Below are positions 34,974-46,561 of a stretch of 64,000 nt of DNA, in pieces (positions within the stretch are counted from its first letter, which is position 1; every line of letters starts with the position of its first letter). The stretch is from contig DCDG01000022.1 in NCBI GenBank assembly GCA_002316315.1, forward strand, positions 66,731-130,730, written 5' to 3'. The stretch comes from Candidatus Aminicenantes bacterium UBA1061. GTDB lineage: Bacteria; Acidobacteriota; Aminicenantia; Aminicenantales; Saccharicenantaceae. The notes below the pieces were generated by a model. The model was not told the origin of the DNA. It did no database searches and saw nothing but the letters and a program-made list of their open reading frames with translations. A program made the position numbers and the translations under genes.

Positions 34974-37718
34974 ATGGAAGAAAAAATTATTCTCCGGGGA
35001 GTCCGGGTTCATAATCTAAAGAACATTGATCTGGACCTGCCTGTCGGTCAACTTATTGTTATCACCGGGGTCAGCGGCTCTGGTAAGTCATCCTTAGCTT
35101 TTGATACTCTTTATGCTGAAGGACAGAGGCGTTATCTCGAATCTCTCTCTTCCTATGCTCGCCAGTTCCTCGAACGCCTCGACAGACCGGAGGCTGACCT
35201 GATTGAAGGTATTCCACCGGCCATTGCCATCCAGCAAAAGGCTTCGGCCAAAAATCCCAGGTCAACCGTGGCCACCGTCACCGAGATTTATGATTATTTA
35301 AGAGTCCTTTATGCTCATCTGGGGACAATACACTGCCTGCAGTGCGGCCAGCCAGTTAAAAAAGATACGATTGACTCCATGGTGGAAACCCTTTTTAAAT
35401 TTCCTGCCGGAACAAAGATGATTATTACCTTTGACTGGTCAGAGGAGAAAAAGCTTTCCGAGTTAAGAAGAGAAGGGTTTTTGAAAATTTATGGCCGCGG
35501 CCAGATTAGATCTCTTGATGATTTCGAAAACGGAAAACCAAACAAGAGTGGAGTGGAAGTGGTGGTTGATGAGTTAGTCCTTGATAAAGAAGACAGGGAG
35601 CGGCTGGTTGATTCTCTGGAAACGGGATTAAAGAAGGGTGAAGAGCATGTTCGAGTTCGGGTGGAAGGCGGGCCCGTTTATCTTTTCACCGAGCAGCTGG
35701 AATGCCGGCAATGTGGAATTGTCTATGAAGAGCCTTATCCTAATCTTTTCTCTTTTAATAGCCCGCAAGGAGCCTGCCCGGTCTGTCATGGCTTTGGCGA
35801 TCTGGCTGTTCTTGATGAGAACAAAATTGTTCCGGATAAAAACAAGTCCCTGGAAGAGGGTGCTATTGAACCCTGGACCAAGCCGGCCTCACGTGGACTT
35901 CAGAAGGAACTACTGCGGGAGGCCAGAAAGAGAGGCATCTCGACCTCGCTGCCCTTTTCCCGTCTTAAGCCTGAACAGCAAAAATTTATTCTGGAAGGCG
36001 GTGATGGTTATTATGGCGTCAAAGGTTTTTTTGACTGGCTTGAATCTAAAAAATATAAAGTTCAGGTTCGAGTCCTTCTAAGCCGTTATCGCCAGTTTGT
36101 GCCCTGCCCGGCCTGCTATCGAACAAGGCTTAATGAAAAAGCCCTGGCCATAAAAATCCAGGGAAAATCCATCGGAGATTTCTGCACCCTGACTGTCAGA
36201 GAGGCTTTTAACTTCTTTGAGAACTGGATACTGAGCCCGTATGAGAGGCAGGTTGGCGAGCGACTGATTCAGGAAATAAAAAACCGCCTGAACTTTTTGC
36301 TGGAAGTTGGACTTGATTATCTGTCCCTCGACCGCCTGACCTTTACCCTGAGTGGAGGTGAAGCCCAGAGAATAAACCTGGCCGCCGCCTTAAGCGCTTC
36401 CCTTGTCGGAACACTGTTTATTCTCGATGAGCCATCAGTTGGCCTGCATCCACGTGACAATAATCGCCTGGTCAAAATACTAAGAGAGCTGCAGGGGATA
36501 GGAAATACAGTGATCGTTGTCGAACATGATCCGGAGATTATTGCCCGGGCTGATTATATAATTGATCTCGGGCCAGGAGCCGGCGAATACGGCGGGGAAG
36601 TTATTTTTGCCGGGCCGATGAAAGATTTTCGGGAGGACCGGAAATCTCTGACAGCTAAATATATCAGGGGAGATTTATCCATCCCGCCGCCTCCTGCCAG
36701 GCGGCCGGTGACTGATTGCCTTAAAATCTACGGGGCCAGAAAACATAATCTGAAACATCTTAACTTCAGCCTGCCACTTGGAATTTTTGTCTGCATCACC
36801 GGCGTCTCGGGCTCAGGCAAAAGCACTCTCGCCGAGGATATTATATATAAAGGCCTCACCGGGGAAAATGGTGATGGCTATGACCGGCTGGAAGGTCAGG
36901 AGTTAATCAGCCAGGTCATTAAAGTTGACCAGTCGCCTTTAAGCACTTCTCCCCGTTCTATCCCAGCTACTTACACCAAAGCCATGGATAACATCAGGGA
37001 ATTGTTTGCTTCGACGCGGGAAGCTAAAGCTCTTGGTTATAAGGCTGGCCATTTTTCCTTTAACACGCCGGGTGGCCAGTGCCCTGACTGCCGGGGAGCC
37101 GGCTTTCAGCAGGTGGAAATGCAATTCCTGAGCGATGTCACCCTGACCTGTGAAACCTGTCAGGGCCGGCGATATAAACCAGAAATTCTCGAAATAAAAT
37201 ACCGGGGAAAAACTATTTATGATGTTTTAAAGATGAGTGTCAGCGAAGCCTTAGAATTTTTTGCTGGTGAGGAAGATATTGAGCGACGACTTCTGCCGCT
37301 GGCTGAGGTCGGACTGGGCTATCTGAGGCTGGGTCAGCCGACTACCACACTCTCCGGAGGAGAACTGCAGCGTATCAAGCTGGCCTACCATCTGGTTCAT
37401 GCCAAGAAACAGGAAATCCTTTATCTTTTTGATGAACCAACTATTGGGCTTCATGCTGATGATATCAAAGTCCTTCTCCAGTGTTTTCAAAAACTGGTCG
37501 AGGAAGGAAACAGCCTGGTGGTGATTGAACATAATCTCGATGTGGTCAAATCAGCTGATTATATAATTGATCTCGGACCAGAGGGCGGAGAAGGGGGCGG
37601 TTATATCGTTGCTCAGGGTTCTCCTGAGGAAGTAGTCGCCACACCCCGTTCAATAACTGGTGTCTTTTTGCAAAAAGTCCTGGTCAAGCCTCAATCAACT
37701 GGTATCGGCCGTCGATGA
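34974..37718 (+). CDS. uvrA: Excinuclease ABC subunit A.
   Basis: Two ABC ATPase modules ([28 protein letters not shown]), zinc-finger cysteine pairs (CRQCG, CPVCHG, CPDCRG, CETCQG), and LSGGE signatures. 914 aa. Confidence 0.95.
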   Translation: MEEKIILRGVRVHNLKNIDLDLPVGQLIVITGVSGSGKSSLAFDTLYAEGQRRYLESLSSYARQFLERLDRPEADLIEGIPPAIAIQQKASAKNPRSTVATVTEIYDYLRVLYAHLGTIHCLQCGQPVKKDTIDSMVETLFKFPAGTKMIITFDWSEEKKLSELRREGFLKIYGRGQIRSLDDFENGKPNKSGVEVVVDELVLDKEDRERLVDSLETGLKKGEEHVRVRVEGGPVYLFTEQLECRQCGIVYEEPYPNLFSFNSPQGACPVCHGFGDLAVLDENKIVPDKNKSLEEGAIEPWTKPASRGLQKELLREARKRGISTSLPFSRLKPEQQKFILEGGDGYYGVKGFFDWLESKKYKVQVRVLLSRYRQFVPCPACYRTRLNEKALAIKIQGKSIGDFCTLTVREAFNFFENWILSPYERQVGERLIQEIKNRLNFLLEVGLDYLSLDRLTFTLSGGEAQRINLAAALSASLVGTLFILDEPSVGLHPRDNNRLVKILRELQGIGNTVIVVEHDPEIIARADYIIDLGPGAGEYGGEVIFAGPMKDFREDRKSLTAKYIRGDLSIPPPPARRPVTDCLKIYGARKHNLKHLNFSLPLGIFVCITGVSGSGKSTLAEDIIYKGLTGENGDGYDRLEGQELISQVIKVDQSPLSTSPRSIPATYTKAMDNIRELFASTREAKALGYKAGHFSFNTPGGQCPDCRGAGFQQVEMQFLSDVTLTCETCQGRRYKPEILEIKYRGKTIYDVLKMSVSEALEFFAGEEDIERRLLPLAEVGLGYLRLGQPTTTLSGGELQRIKLAYHLVHAKKQEILYLFDEPTIGLHADDIKVLLQCFQKLVEEGNSLVVIEHNLDVVKSADYIIDLGPEGGEGGGYIVAQGSPEEVVATPRSITGVFLQKVLVKPQSTGIGRR

Positions 37719-38155
37719 TAATCAGCATAATCCGGCACCTGGCGGAAATATTCCTGGTTCATCAAAGGCGAGGAAATCATAAAATCCGCTGAGGAACGGT
37801 TACACGCCACCGGGATATTCCAGACAGCGGCTATCCGCAGCAAAGCCTTGATATCCGGGTCATGAGGCAGGGGTTCAAGCGGATCCCAGAAAAAGATCAG
37901 AAAATCAATGGCCCCTTCGGCAATTCTGGCTCCAATCTGCTGGTCGCCGCCCAGCGGTCCGCTTTCCAGTGTATTAATCTTAAGTCCAAGCTCCTTAGCC
38001 AGGAGCAGGCCTGTTGTCCCTGTTGCCCATAATTCATGATGTTCTAATGAGCCGCGATTATACCTGGCCCAGTCGAACAGATCCGGTTTTTTATTATCAT
38101 GAGCGACCAGAGCTATTTTTTTCCTGACGGCCATTTTGACCAGCTTAGTTTTCAC
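37691..38155 (-). CDS. mgsA: Methylglyoxal synthase.
   Basis: 154 aa. [18 protein letters not shown], and [11 protein letters not shown] match MgsA active-site blocks. The 3' end overlaps the uvrA 3' end by 28 bp (convergent). Confidence 0.85.
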   Translation of the reverse strand: MKTKLVKMAVRKKIALVAHDNKKPDLFDWARYNRGSLEHHELWATGTTGLLLAKELGLKINTLESGPLGGDQQIGARIAEGAIDFLIFFWDPLEPLPHDPDIKALLRIAAVWNIPVACNRSSADFMISSPLMNQEYFRQVPDYADYHRRPIPVD

Positions 38156-38237
38156 GGCCCTCTCCCTTCTTATTTTTTATCATGTCTCGTTTCGCAGACT
38201 GACCGACCACTGGCTGGGCAGGCCAGACAGAAAAAAA

Positions 38238-39521
38238 TTAGAGTACCACTTTTTTCCTTCCCCATTTTAGCTTCATGGTCAGCACCCGGTCAGTAGCAAA
38301 AATCCTGGTCGTCCAGATTAGCATAACAATTACAAAGGCAAGATTGTAGGCAAGGCCCAGCCAGAACATGCCCATATGGCCAAACATCATGTTTTGCATA
38401 GCAAAAAAGGGATGAGAAAAAGGAATGGCCAGGACCAGAATTTTGGCCGGTAGACTCATAGTATTAATATCAGCAAAAAGGCTAATAAAATAAGGCACCA
38501 GAATGAGGAAAACCAGTGGAATATTTAAACTCTGGGCTGTCCGGTAATCTTCAGCCAGAACCCCGAGAATGGTAGCTATCGATAGCGCACAGAGGATAGC
38601 CAGGAAAAGAGACAGGCCAAAAAGAACATAGCCTTGAGTATCAATAGTCAATCCCAGTTGCTTTAGAATCGGAGCCAGCCCGCCGGTCGCCGAAGATAAT
38701 TCGTCAGTTGGAAAACTGAAAGCCATCTGGAAGCCATAAAGATAAATAGCCGCTGACAGGAGGCCAACCAGGCCAGCGGCCAGCATTTTAGCCATGGCTA
38801 TTGCCTGGCGAGAGATGGGCACAGTCAGGAGGGTTTCGAGTGTTTTATTCTGTTTTTCCATGGCAATAGCGGTGATGACCATTTGAGAAGAATACATAAT
38901 GATCATCATCAGAATGATGGGCAGAATATAGCTCTGGGCATAGAGCGTGCCGATTACCGCTGCACTTGAGCCCTCAGCCATTCGATCTTTGACCATTATA
39001 AATTCCCGGTTTTTAATCGGGGCTTTAATTTCCGCCGGATTAATCTCAGGCAACTTCTCTTTCAAAAATTGATTGGAGAGAAAATCATTAGTAGTATCCA
39101 GCACCGCTCTAACTACTTCCGAGGTCCTGGTTCCCGATATTGAAATGCCCCGGAGATAGGAATAAGTTTCAACCTCAACCGACTTAAGGTTAGATACTTC
39201 CTGGCTGAAGCCGGGCGGAATGATCACCAGCAATCCCAGGTCAGACTGTTGAAGCTTTTTAACGACTTCTTCTTTTTCTCCGTTTTGCTCCTCAATGATA
39301 AAGTTGGCCATATTAAGAGTTCCAATTAGGTTCTTGGATAGTTCTGACTTATCGAGGTCTAAAATCGCAATTTTCTGTTTGGAGATGGCTTTTTTCATCT
39401 CTTTTTTAGTTACATTGCCAATAAAACTGAAGATCAGGAGCATCATGGCGAGAGAAATAATCAACTGTTTATTAATGAGTTCTTTTATTTCCTTGACCAG
39501 CAGATGTCCAAAGTTTTTCAT
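38238..39521 (-). CDS. ABC-2 family transporter permease.
   Basis: 427 aa. An N-terminal TM helix and a large extracytoplasmic domain are followed by 5 C-terminal TM helices. It is translationally coupled to the upstream ATPase (ATG 39521 overlaps its stop). Confidence 0.75.
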   Translation of the reverse strand: MKNFGHLLVKEIKELINKQLIISLAMMLLIFSFIGNVTKKEMKKAISKQKIAILDLDKSELSKNLIGTLNMANFIIEEQNGEKEEVVKKLQQSDLGLLVIIPPGFSQEVSNLKSVEVETYSYLRGISISGTRTSEVVRAVLDTTNDFLSNQFLKEKLPEINPAEIKAPIKNREFIMVKDRMAEGSSAAVIGTLYAQSYILPIILMMIIMYSSQMVITAIAMEKQNKTLETLLTVPISRQAIAMAKMLAAGLVGLLSAAIYLYGFQMAFSFPTDELSSATGGLAPILKQLGLTIDTQGYVLFGLSLFLAILCALSIATILGVLAEDYRTAQSLNIPLVFLILVPYFISLFADINTMSLPAKILVLAIPFSHPFFAMQNMMFGHMGMFWLGLAYNLAFVIVMLIWTTRIFATDRVLTMKLKWGRKKVVL

Positions 39522-40252
39522 TAAATGTTACTCCTGACCGAATTTTTAAAAACAATTTCGAGGTTTGGTGCCTGATATTTATCTTTGAGCGCCTGTGAGC
39601 TGCCGCTGTCAAGGATCTGGCCGCGATCAATCAGGGCAACGCGGTCGGAAAGGAACTCAACCTCCAACATATTATGAGAAGAAAGCAAAACAGAGACGCC
39701 CTCCCCGGCAAAGCGCTTTATGGTTTCCCTGACTTCAAGTGAGTTAATGACATCCAAGCCAGAGGTCGGCTCATCCAGGATAGCCAGGGCGGGTTTGGTC
39801 ATTAAAGCTCTGGCCAGGAGCAGTTTTCTGGTCATGCCCTTACTATAGGTGCCCACTTTGTCTTTAAGCCTGACACCCAGGTCGCTAATCTGCTGGCCGC
39901 GGGCCACATATTCTTTGACTTCTCCCTCATTTCTACCGTAAAAGCGGGCCATAAATTCCAGGTAATCCTGGCCTTTCATATTACGATAAGCCCCGGCTTC
40001 TTCCGGTAAATAGCTGATTTTCTCCCGGAATTTTTCCGGATTTTTTCTGAGATCAAAACCGAGAAAGGCGACCCTGCCATCAGATGGTGTAAGCAGCGTA
40101 GCAATGATCCTCAGGGTTGTCGTCTTACCTGCTCCATTCGGGCCGATCAAACCAAAAATCTCACCCCGGTCAACTTTAAAGCTGATACCTTTAAGAGCTT
40201 CAAGCTGGCCATAATTTTTTTTCAAGCCTTCTACGTCAAGAACAGGGGTCAT
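39521..40252 (-). CDS. ABC transporter ATP-binding protein.
   Basis: Walker A GPNGAGKTTT, Q-loop, signature SKGMTRKLLLA, Walker B LAILDEPTSGLD, H-loop. Confidence 0.9.
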   Translation of the reverse strand: MTPVLDVEGLKKNYGQLEALKGISFKVDRGEIFGLIGPNGAGKTTTLRIIATLLTPSDGRVAFLGFDLRKNPEKFREKISYLPEEAGAYRNMKGQDYLEFMARFYGRNEGEVKEYVARGQQISDLGVRLKDKVGTYSKGMTRKLLLARALMTKPALAILDEPTSGLDVINSLEVRETIKRFAGEGVSVLLSSHNMLEVEFLSDRVALIDRGQILDSGSSQALKDKYQAPNLEIVFKNSVRSNI

Positions 40253-40548
40253 TCTGTCCTCCTTTTTCGTTGCTTATTCCCGATAATATACACAATTTCC
40301 ACTATACAAATCCAATTCCAATCAAAAAAATTTATCAAGCGGAATTATCCCTGAAAAGCAGTTGCTTTTCAACTTATGACCAGAAAGAAGATAATTAGCC
40401 AGCTCCGCCAGGAATGATTAACTGCAGTTAGACTAGCACCCCCCTGAATTTTATTACTGTCAGCTTAATATTCTCTAAGAAGGCTTGGAGGCAATATGAC
40501 TATTTCAGCCTGTTATTAAGGCTGATTGATAATAATTTTTAAGATAGC

Positions 40549-41601
40549 TCAATCAGGCTTTTTCTGGCTTTCTTCCTCAGCTGCTGGCCACAGACCAACC
40601 TTTTGCCTTATTTCTTGGTCAAGCCGGTCTGCCAGTTCTTTATTCTCTTTCAGAAGTTTTTTCACATTTTCCCGGCCCTGACCCAATCTTTCGCTCTTAT
40701 ATGAATACCAGGTGCCAGTTTTTTCCAGAACCCCATATTGAAGGCCGCAATCGACCAGATCTCCCTCCCGGGAAATACCCTCACCGAAAATGATATCAAA
40801 TTGAGCATCCCGGAAAGGCGGAGCCAGTTTGTTCTTCACAATTTTAACCTTGGCCCGGTTTCCGACCACATTTTCTCCTTCTTTGATAGTGGCCAGCTTC
40901 CTGACATCTACACGGAGAGAGGCATAAAATTTAAGAGCCCGACCGCCAGTCGTTGTTTCAGGCGACCCGATGAAGACACCAATCTTTTCTCTGATCTGGT
41001 TAATAAAAATAAAGCAGGTTTTAGACCGGCTGACAATGGCTGTCAACTTGCGGAGGGCCTGAGACATCAGCCTGGCCTGTAGCCCCATGTGAGTATCCCC
41101 CATTTCCCCTTCCAGCTCAGCTTTTGGCACCAGAGCGGCAACAGAATCGACCACAATGACATCAACTGCCCCGCTTCTAACCAGAACTTCAGCAATTTCC
41201 AGCCCCTGTTCTCCGTAATCTGGCTGAGAAATCAGGAGATCATCAATGCTAATGCCTATTTTGGCGGCATAGAGAGGATCAAGAGCATGTTCAGCATCAA
41301 TAAAAGCTGCCTGGCCACCCCTCTTCTGAGCTTCAGCAATGACATGCAGGGCCAGAGTAGTCTTGCCAGTAGCTTCAGGACCAAAAATTTCAACTACCCG
41401 GCCGCGCGGAAACCCGCCAATACCAAGGCTCAGGTCAAAGGCTATAGAGCCGGTTGGGATAACCTCGGCTTTGACCGCCGCCTCCTTCTGGCCGAGCTTC
41501 ATCACAGCTCCTTTGCCAAATTGCTTTTCTATTTGCGATAAAGCTGCATCCAGAGCTTTTACCCTGGAAGTTTGTTTCTGTTCAATTTCTTCCGTTTTCA
41601 T
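40549..41601 (-). CDS. recA: Recombinase A.
   Basis: 350 aa. Walker [13 protein letters not shown], the L1/L2 loops, [13 protein letters not shown], and a conserved C-terminal region. Unmistakable RecA. Confidence 0.95.
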   Translation of the reverse strand: MKTEEIEQKQTSRVKALDAALSQIEKQFGKGAVMKLGQKEAAVKAEVIPTGSIAFDLSLGIGGFPRGRVVEIFGPEATGKTTLALHVIAEAQKRGGQAAFIDAEHALDPLYAAKIGISIDDLLISQPDYGEQGLEIAEVLVRSGAVDVIVVDSVAALVPKAELEGEMGDTHMGLQARLMSQALRKLTAIVSRSKTCFIFINQIREKIGVFIGSPETTTGGRALKFYASLRVDVRKLATIKEGENVVGNRAKVKIVKNKLAPPFRDAQFDIIFGEGISREGDLVDCGLQYGVLEKTGTWYSYKSERLGQGRENVKKLLKENKELADRLDQEIRQKVGLWPAAEEESQKKPD

Positions 41602-41629
41602 TTAGGCCTCCAAAAATATAAAGCCCGGC

Positions 41630-43270
41630 TCAAATCATTCCAGTGATTCTCCCGTTTTCATCCACATCTATTTTTTCAGCAGCTGGTGCTTTGGGTAAGC
41701 CAGGCATGGTCATTATATCACCACAATGGACAACTACAAAGCCAGCGCCCGAACTAAGCGTGGCATTGGTCAGCGTCAGATTCCAGTCTCGCGGCCGTCC
41801 AAGTTTTTTAGAATCATCAGACAGAGAAGCTTGTGTTTTGGCCACACACACCGGCAAATTGGCCAGGCCAAGCTGTTCAAAAAGTTCGATCTTTTTTCTG
41901 GCGGCGGTCTCAACCTTAATCCCATCTGCTCCGTAGATTTTGAGGGCAATAGCCTCAACTTTTTTCAACAGAGGCAGGTCGGAGGCATATAAAAATTTAA
42001 AGTCGGCTTTATCTTCGCCCATTGCTTTCATGACTTCCGCAGCCAGTTCCAGGCCGCCTTCGCCACCTTGATTATATACATTACTCAGGGCATATCTGGC
42101 TTTTTCCTGCTTGATAAGTTCAGTCCAGCGTTTAATTTCGGACTGATGATCAGCCGGGAAAAGGTTCAGCGCTACGACGAAGGGAATACCAAATATTCTC
42201 AAATTCTCAATGTGTTTTCTTAAATTTTCAAATCCAGCCTCTACCGCCTGTGGATTCTCGTTGGCCAGTTCATTAATTTTCAGTCCTCCGTGATATTTTA
42301 AGGCTCTCAAGGTTGAGACCAGCACGCAGGCAGCCGGGGCTGGCACCTGGCCGGTTCTAACTACGATGTCAAAAAACTTCTCAGCCCCCAGGTCAGAAGC
42401 AAATCCAGTTTCCGTCACGACATAATCGGCCAAGCTCAGGGCCAGCCGCGTAGCTATAATGGAATTTGTCCCGTGAGCAATGTTGGCAAAGGGGCCACCG
42501 TGAATAAAGGCCGGTGTTCCCTCCATGGTCTGAACAAGATTGGGGTTGATAGCATCCTTAAGAAGAGCGGTCATCGCCCCCTCAGCCTTAATATCCCGGG
42601 CAAAGACTGGCCGGCCATCAGTTGAAAAGCCAACTAAAATGTTGCCGACTCTATCCTTTAAATCTTTCAGATCGCTGGCCAGACAAAGTATAGCCATAAC
42701 CTCGGAAGCCGCCGTTATATCAAAGCCAGTTTTACGGGCCATGCCCTGGAAGGTTTCGTCGGCTCCAATGATCACCTGACGTAGAGCCCGGTCATTCATA
42801 TCTAGCACTCTTTTCCAGGTAACTGTCCGGCCATCAAGCAGTCCGGCCGAACCATCAAAATGAATTCGGTTATCAACCATGGCTGCCAGAAGGTTATGAG
42901 CCGCGGTCACTGCATGGATATCGCCGGTGAAATGAAGATCAATCTCCTCCCTCGGCACCACCATGGCTTTCCCCCCTCCGGTAGCTCCTCCCTTAATACC
43001 GAAGACAGGCCCGAGGGAAGGCTCGCGCAAAGTGAGACAGGCTTTCTTCCCCAGGCGGCTGAGAGCTTCTGACAGACCGATGGCTGTCGTGGTTTTGCCT
43101 TCGCCGGCCGGGGTCGGCGTCATGGCAGTCACCATGATCAGCCTGCCTTGTGAACTTTTATTATGGAAGGCCTGATAATCAACCTTGGCTTTATATTTTC
43201 CATAAAGTTCAAGATTTTCTTCGGAAATACCAAGCTGCCTGGCCACTTCTAAGACGGGCTTGAAGTTCAT
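41630..43270 (-). CDS. fhs: Formate--tetrahydrofolate ligase.
   Basis: 546 aa. The P-loop region TPTPAGEGKTTTAIGL and conserved blocks throughout match FTHFS. Confidence 0.95.
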   Translation of the reverse strand: MNFKPVLEVARQLGISEENLELYGKYKAKVDYQAFHNKSSQGRLIMVTAMTPTPAGEGKTTTAIGLSEALSRLGKKACLTLREPSLGPVFGIKGGATGGGKAMVVPREEIDLHFTGDIHAVTAAHNLLAAMVDNRIHFDGSAGLLDGRTVTWKRVLDMNDRALRQVIIGADETFQGMARKTGFDITAASEVMAILCLASDLKDLKDRVGNILVGFSTDGRPVFARDIKAEGAMTALLKDAINPNLVQTMEGTPAFIHGGPFANIAHGTNSIIATRLALSLADYVVTETGFASDLGAEKFFDIVVRTGQVPAPAACVLVSTLRALKYHGGLKINELANENPQAVEAGFENLRKHIENLRIFGIPFVVALNLFPADHQSEIKRWTELIKQEKARYALSNVYNQGGEGGLELAAEVMKAMGEDKADFKFLYASDLPLLKKVEAIALKIYGADGIKVETAARKKIELFEQLGLANLPVCVAKTQASLSDDSKKLGRPRDWNLTLTNATLSSGAGFVVVHCGDIMTMPGLPKAPAAEKIDVDENGRITGMI

Positions 43271-43340
43271 GATCTCCCTCCTATAACTAGTTATTTAACC
43301 AGAATTTATTTCTTTCTTCAATCTCCTTTTTCTTCTTGAA

Positions 43341-44096
43341 TTAATCTACTGCCCGGGCAAAGCTCACATTATAAAAATGGGTTTGATATTTTTCTATCAA
43401 CCCCTCATCAGCAAAACTATAATAGCAATTATTCCCAATGACAATATGATCAAGGACCCTGATTTGCATAACAGCACAGGCAAAAACCAGATCTCTGGTT
43501 ATTTCCCGGTCGCAACTGGAAGGTTCAGGATCTCCAGAGGGGTGATTATGAACAAAAATGAGGCTGGAGGCTTCATATTTTAAAGCCTGTTTGATAACTT
43601 CTCTTGGATAGACAGCACTTGAATCAACCGTGCCTTCAAACAGGGTTTTTTCCTCAAGGATATGATTTTTGGTATTAAGAAACAGAACTTTAAAAACTTC
43701 GATTTTAAGATCTCTCAGACTGTAATAGAGATAATCAAAAACTTCCTGAGAAGACTTGCAAACCGGGCGCTTGATCATACAGTCTTTAAGATAGCGGCGA
43801 GCCACCTCCTGGACGAGTTTTAAGCCGAAAACATTCTGCCGGCCGATGCCTTTTATTTTTTGTAAATCTACTGGATCAGCTTCCATGACGCCTCTAAAGG
43901 TCTTAAACTCTTTGATAGCCAGCCGGGCCGCCTCCCGGCAGTCTTTCCGCGGCGTGCCCAGGGTTAGCAGCAGCTCGACAATCTCATAGTCAAGAAAACC
44001 AGCCAGGCCGCCTCTTAGAAATTTTTCACGCAAGCGCTGCCGGTGTCCTTCCTGTGCAGGCACTTGCCGCTCAATATCTTCAGCCATAATCTTCAC
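43341..44096 (-). CDS. radC: RadC-family JAB/MPN-domain protein.
   Basis: The C-terminal JAMM motif HNHPSG.P.PS..D is preceded by a helix-hairpin-helix N-domain. 251 aa. Confidence 0.85.
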   Translation of the reverse strand: MKIMAEDIERQVPAQEGHRQRLREKFLRGGLAGFLDYEIVELLLTLGTPRKDCREAARLAIKEFKTFRGVMEADPVDLQKIKGIGRQNVFGLKLVQEVARRYLKDCMIKRPVCKSSQEVFDYLYYSLRDLKIEVFKVLFLNTKNHILEEKTLFEGTVDSSAVYPREVIKQALKYEASSLIFVHNHPSGDPEPSSCDREITRDLVFACAVMQIRVLDHIVIGNNCYYSFADEGLIEKYQTHFYNVSFARAVD

Positions 44097-44230
44097 CCTG
44101 TTTAAGATTTTTAGATTGGGGCAATCCGGGCAGTTGTTTTTGCTTCAGAGGAAAAGACGAAGCAGCAGTCAGGTTTTTCCCAGCCAGTTAATTATTTTTT
44201 GAAAAAAAGTGATGCCTCCTGCCCGGCAGC

Positions 44231-46009
44231 TTAATCAACATACAATCTGTCAATTAACGGTTTGTACTTTTCTTCGATGACTTTTCTTCTGACTTTCAGG
44301 GTGGGTGTCATTTCGCCTGTTTCAATCTCAAAATCTCTATCCAGAATGACAATCTTTTTAATTTTCTCATAAGAGGCCAGGTGCGAAGTCAATCGGTTAA
44401 TTTCCTGCATAAAAAAGTTGTAAATCTCTGGTTTTTCAACTAGCTCTTTCTCAGTCGAAAAAGTGAGGTTATGTTCGGCCGCATATTTTTTTGTCTTTTC
44501 CAGGTCAGGCACAATGAGAGCAGAGACAAATTTTCGCCGATCGCCAGTGACCACCACATTGGCAATATAAGGACTGGCCATCAGGGCATTTTCAATCGGT
44601 TGAGGGGCAACATTTTTCCCACCAGAGGTCACAATGATGTCTTTCTTACGGTCAGTGATCACTACAAAACCGTCTTGATCAAGGTAACCAACATCACCTG
44701 TTTTAAACCAGCCATCCTCAAAAGCCTCTTCAGTCAAAGTTTCCTTATTGAAATACCCTTTCATGACATTCGGGCCATGAACCAGAATTTCTCCATCCGG
44801 AGCAAATTTCACTTCCTCTCCAGGGAGAACTTTCCCGACCGTTCCAAATTTAAAATCACTGACCGTGTTGAGAGAAATAACAGGCGAAGTCTCAGTTAAG
44901 CCATAACCTTCAATAATCAGAATTCCCATGGCATAGAAAAATTCGGCAATTTCCCGGGCCAGAGGAGCTCCGCCCGAGACAAAAAACCTGACCCGGCCTC
45001 CAGTTCTTTCCACTATTTTGGAAAAAACCAACCGATAAGCCAGCTGGTAACGGACTTTAAGCCAGGCTGGGAGTTGGCCATGACTGGTTTTAACCTGAAC
45101 ATACTTTCGCCCAACCTTAAGAGCCCAGAAGAAGATTCTTCGCTGCAAATTAGGCGAGCCCAGGACACTGTCCACTACCGCCGCATAAAATTTGTCAAAA
45201 AACCTGGGAACACTGACCATAATGGTTGGCCTGGCTTCAACCAGGTTGTCAGCTACCGTCTCCACACTTTCAGCATAGGCTATGGTGGCGCCAACATACA
45301 GCCAGGCAAAAGTACACATTCTCTCCAGCACATGAGACAGAGGAAGAAAACTTAAGGCCGTATCACCTGAGTTAAAGTCTACCAGTGAGCGCAGCGTCTG
45401 AATATTATTGACCAGATTATAATGGCTGAGCATAGCACCTTTTGGAGTGCCGGTCGTGCCGGACGTATAAATGATAGTCGCCAGGTCGTCGGGCAGAATG
45501 GATAGGGCTGCCCGGTCAAAATCGGCAGGGTGGTCCAGGTTATATTGTTCCCCGATTTTTTCCACTTCGGCCAGGCCGACCACCCCATCCGGGACATTGC
45601 CTTCCATCAGTATATATTTTTCAACGAGTGGCAGTTCGTGGCGGATCGAAGTAATTTTCTGCCAGAGCTTCAAGTTAGAACAAACCAGAAACCTGGCCTG
45701 CGAATCATTGATAATATATTTAATCTGGTCGGGAGCAAGATTCGTATAAACTGGAACAGTGACTCCACCCCCAGAAACCGTGGCCACATCAACCATGACC
45801 CATTCTGGCCCGTTTTCGGATAAAATAACCAGTTTGTCTCCTTTATTTAAGCCAGCAACCTTCAGACCAGAAGAAATATTTCTAACCCGCCGGGCGAACT
45901 CAGCGGTGGAAACAGGAAGATATTGACCATTCTTTTTAGCCAGCATCAGCGCTTCCTTCTGGTGGTTCTTGTCTAAGTTAAGGAAAATCTTCGACAGAGT
46001 GTCAATCAC
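44231..46009 (-). CDS. Long-chain fatty-acid--CoA ligase (AMP-dependent synthetase).
   Basis: Adenylation motifs YTSGTTGTPKGAML, EGYGLTETS, WFKTGDVGYLDQDGF, and TPTLKVRRKVI. 592 aa. Confidence 0.85.
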   Translation of the reverse strand: MIDTLSKIFLNLDKNHQKEALMLAKKNGQYLPVSTAEFARRVRNISSGLKVAGLNKGDKLVILSENGPEWVMVDVATVSGGGVTVPVYTNLAPDQIKYIINDSQARFLVCSNLKLWQKITSIRHELPLVEKYILMEGNVPDGVVGLAEVEKIGEQYNLDHPADFDRAALSILPDDLATIIYTSGTTGTPKGAMLSHYNLVNNIQTLRSLVDFNSGDTALSFLPLSHVLERMCTFAWLYVGATIAYAESVETVADNLVEARPTIMVSVPRFFDKFYAAVVDSVLGSPNLQRRIFFWALKVGRKYVQVKTSHGQLPAWLKVRYQLAYRLVFSKIVERTGGRVRFFVSGGAPLAREIAEFFYAMGILIIEGYGLTETSPVISLNTVSDFKFGTVGKVLPGEEVKFAPDGEILVHGPNVMKGYFNKETLTEEAFEDGWFKTGDVGYLDQDGFVVITDRKKDIIVTSGGKNVAPQPIENALMASPYIANVVVTGDRRKFVSALIVPDLEKTKKYAAEHNLTFSTEKELVEKPEIYNFFMQEINRLTSHLASYEKIKKIVILDRDFEIETGEMTPTLKVRRKVIEEKYKPLIDRLYVD

Positions 46010-46021
46010 TGCCTGCCTCCT

Positions 46022-46543
46022 TTATTTTATGCTCGCTTCCTTGTCTGATGGAGAAAAATAACCGGACATTTTCCTCTCATGTGCCAGCAACCATGTCTTA
46101 CGCCAGAGTCCAGCCCCAAAGCCAACCAGGCTGCCATCAGCTCCAATCACCCGGTGGCAGGGAATGATGATGACCAGAGGATTGTGGTGATTGGCTCTAC
46201 CCACTGCTCTGGCCGCACCCGGTCGGCTGCAAGCGGCAGCTATTTCTCCGTAAGTCCTGGTCTCGCCATAAGGAATTTTCTGTAGCTCGCACCAGACTTT
46301 ATTTTGAAAGTTGGTTCCCTCCAGCCACAGGGGCAGAGAAAACTCCCGTCTCGTCCCACGAAAATACTCATCCAGCTGCTGCCAGGCTGCCACCAATGGT
46401 TCTGGCGCTCGGGCCAGACTGGCCTTCGTCTTATCGAGAGAAAAGGCCAGCTGGCTTTGTTTTAAAAACGAACAACCTTCCAGTCCTTCTCTCTCGCCAG
46501 TTAATTCTATTAAGCCTATCGGAGAATCATAATATGCTTTCAC
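46022..46543 (-). CDS. ogt: Methylated-DNA--protein-cysteine methyltransferase.
   Basis: Active site IIIPCHRVIGADGSLVGF (the PCHRV motif). Upstream helix-turn-helix YGETRTYGEIA. Confidence 0.85.
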   Translation of the reverse strand: MKAYYDSPIGLIELTGEREGLEGCSFLKQSQLAFSLDKTKASLARAPEPLVAAWQQLDEYFRGTRREFSLPLWLEGTNFQNKVWCELQKIPYGETRTYGEIAAACSRPGAARAVGRANHHNPLVIIIPCHRVIGADGSLVGFGAGLWRKTWLLAHERKMSGYFSPSDKEASIK

Positions 46544-46561
46544 CCGCTCCCGTCCCTAACT

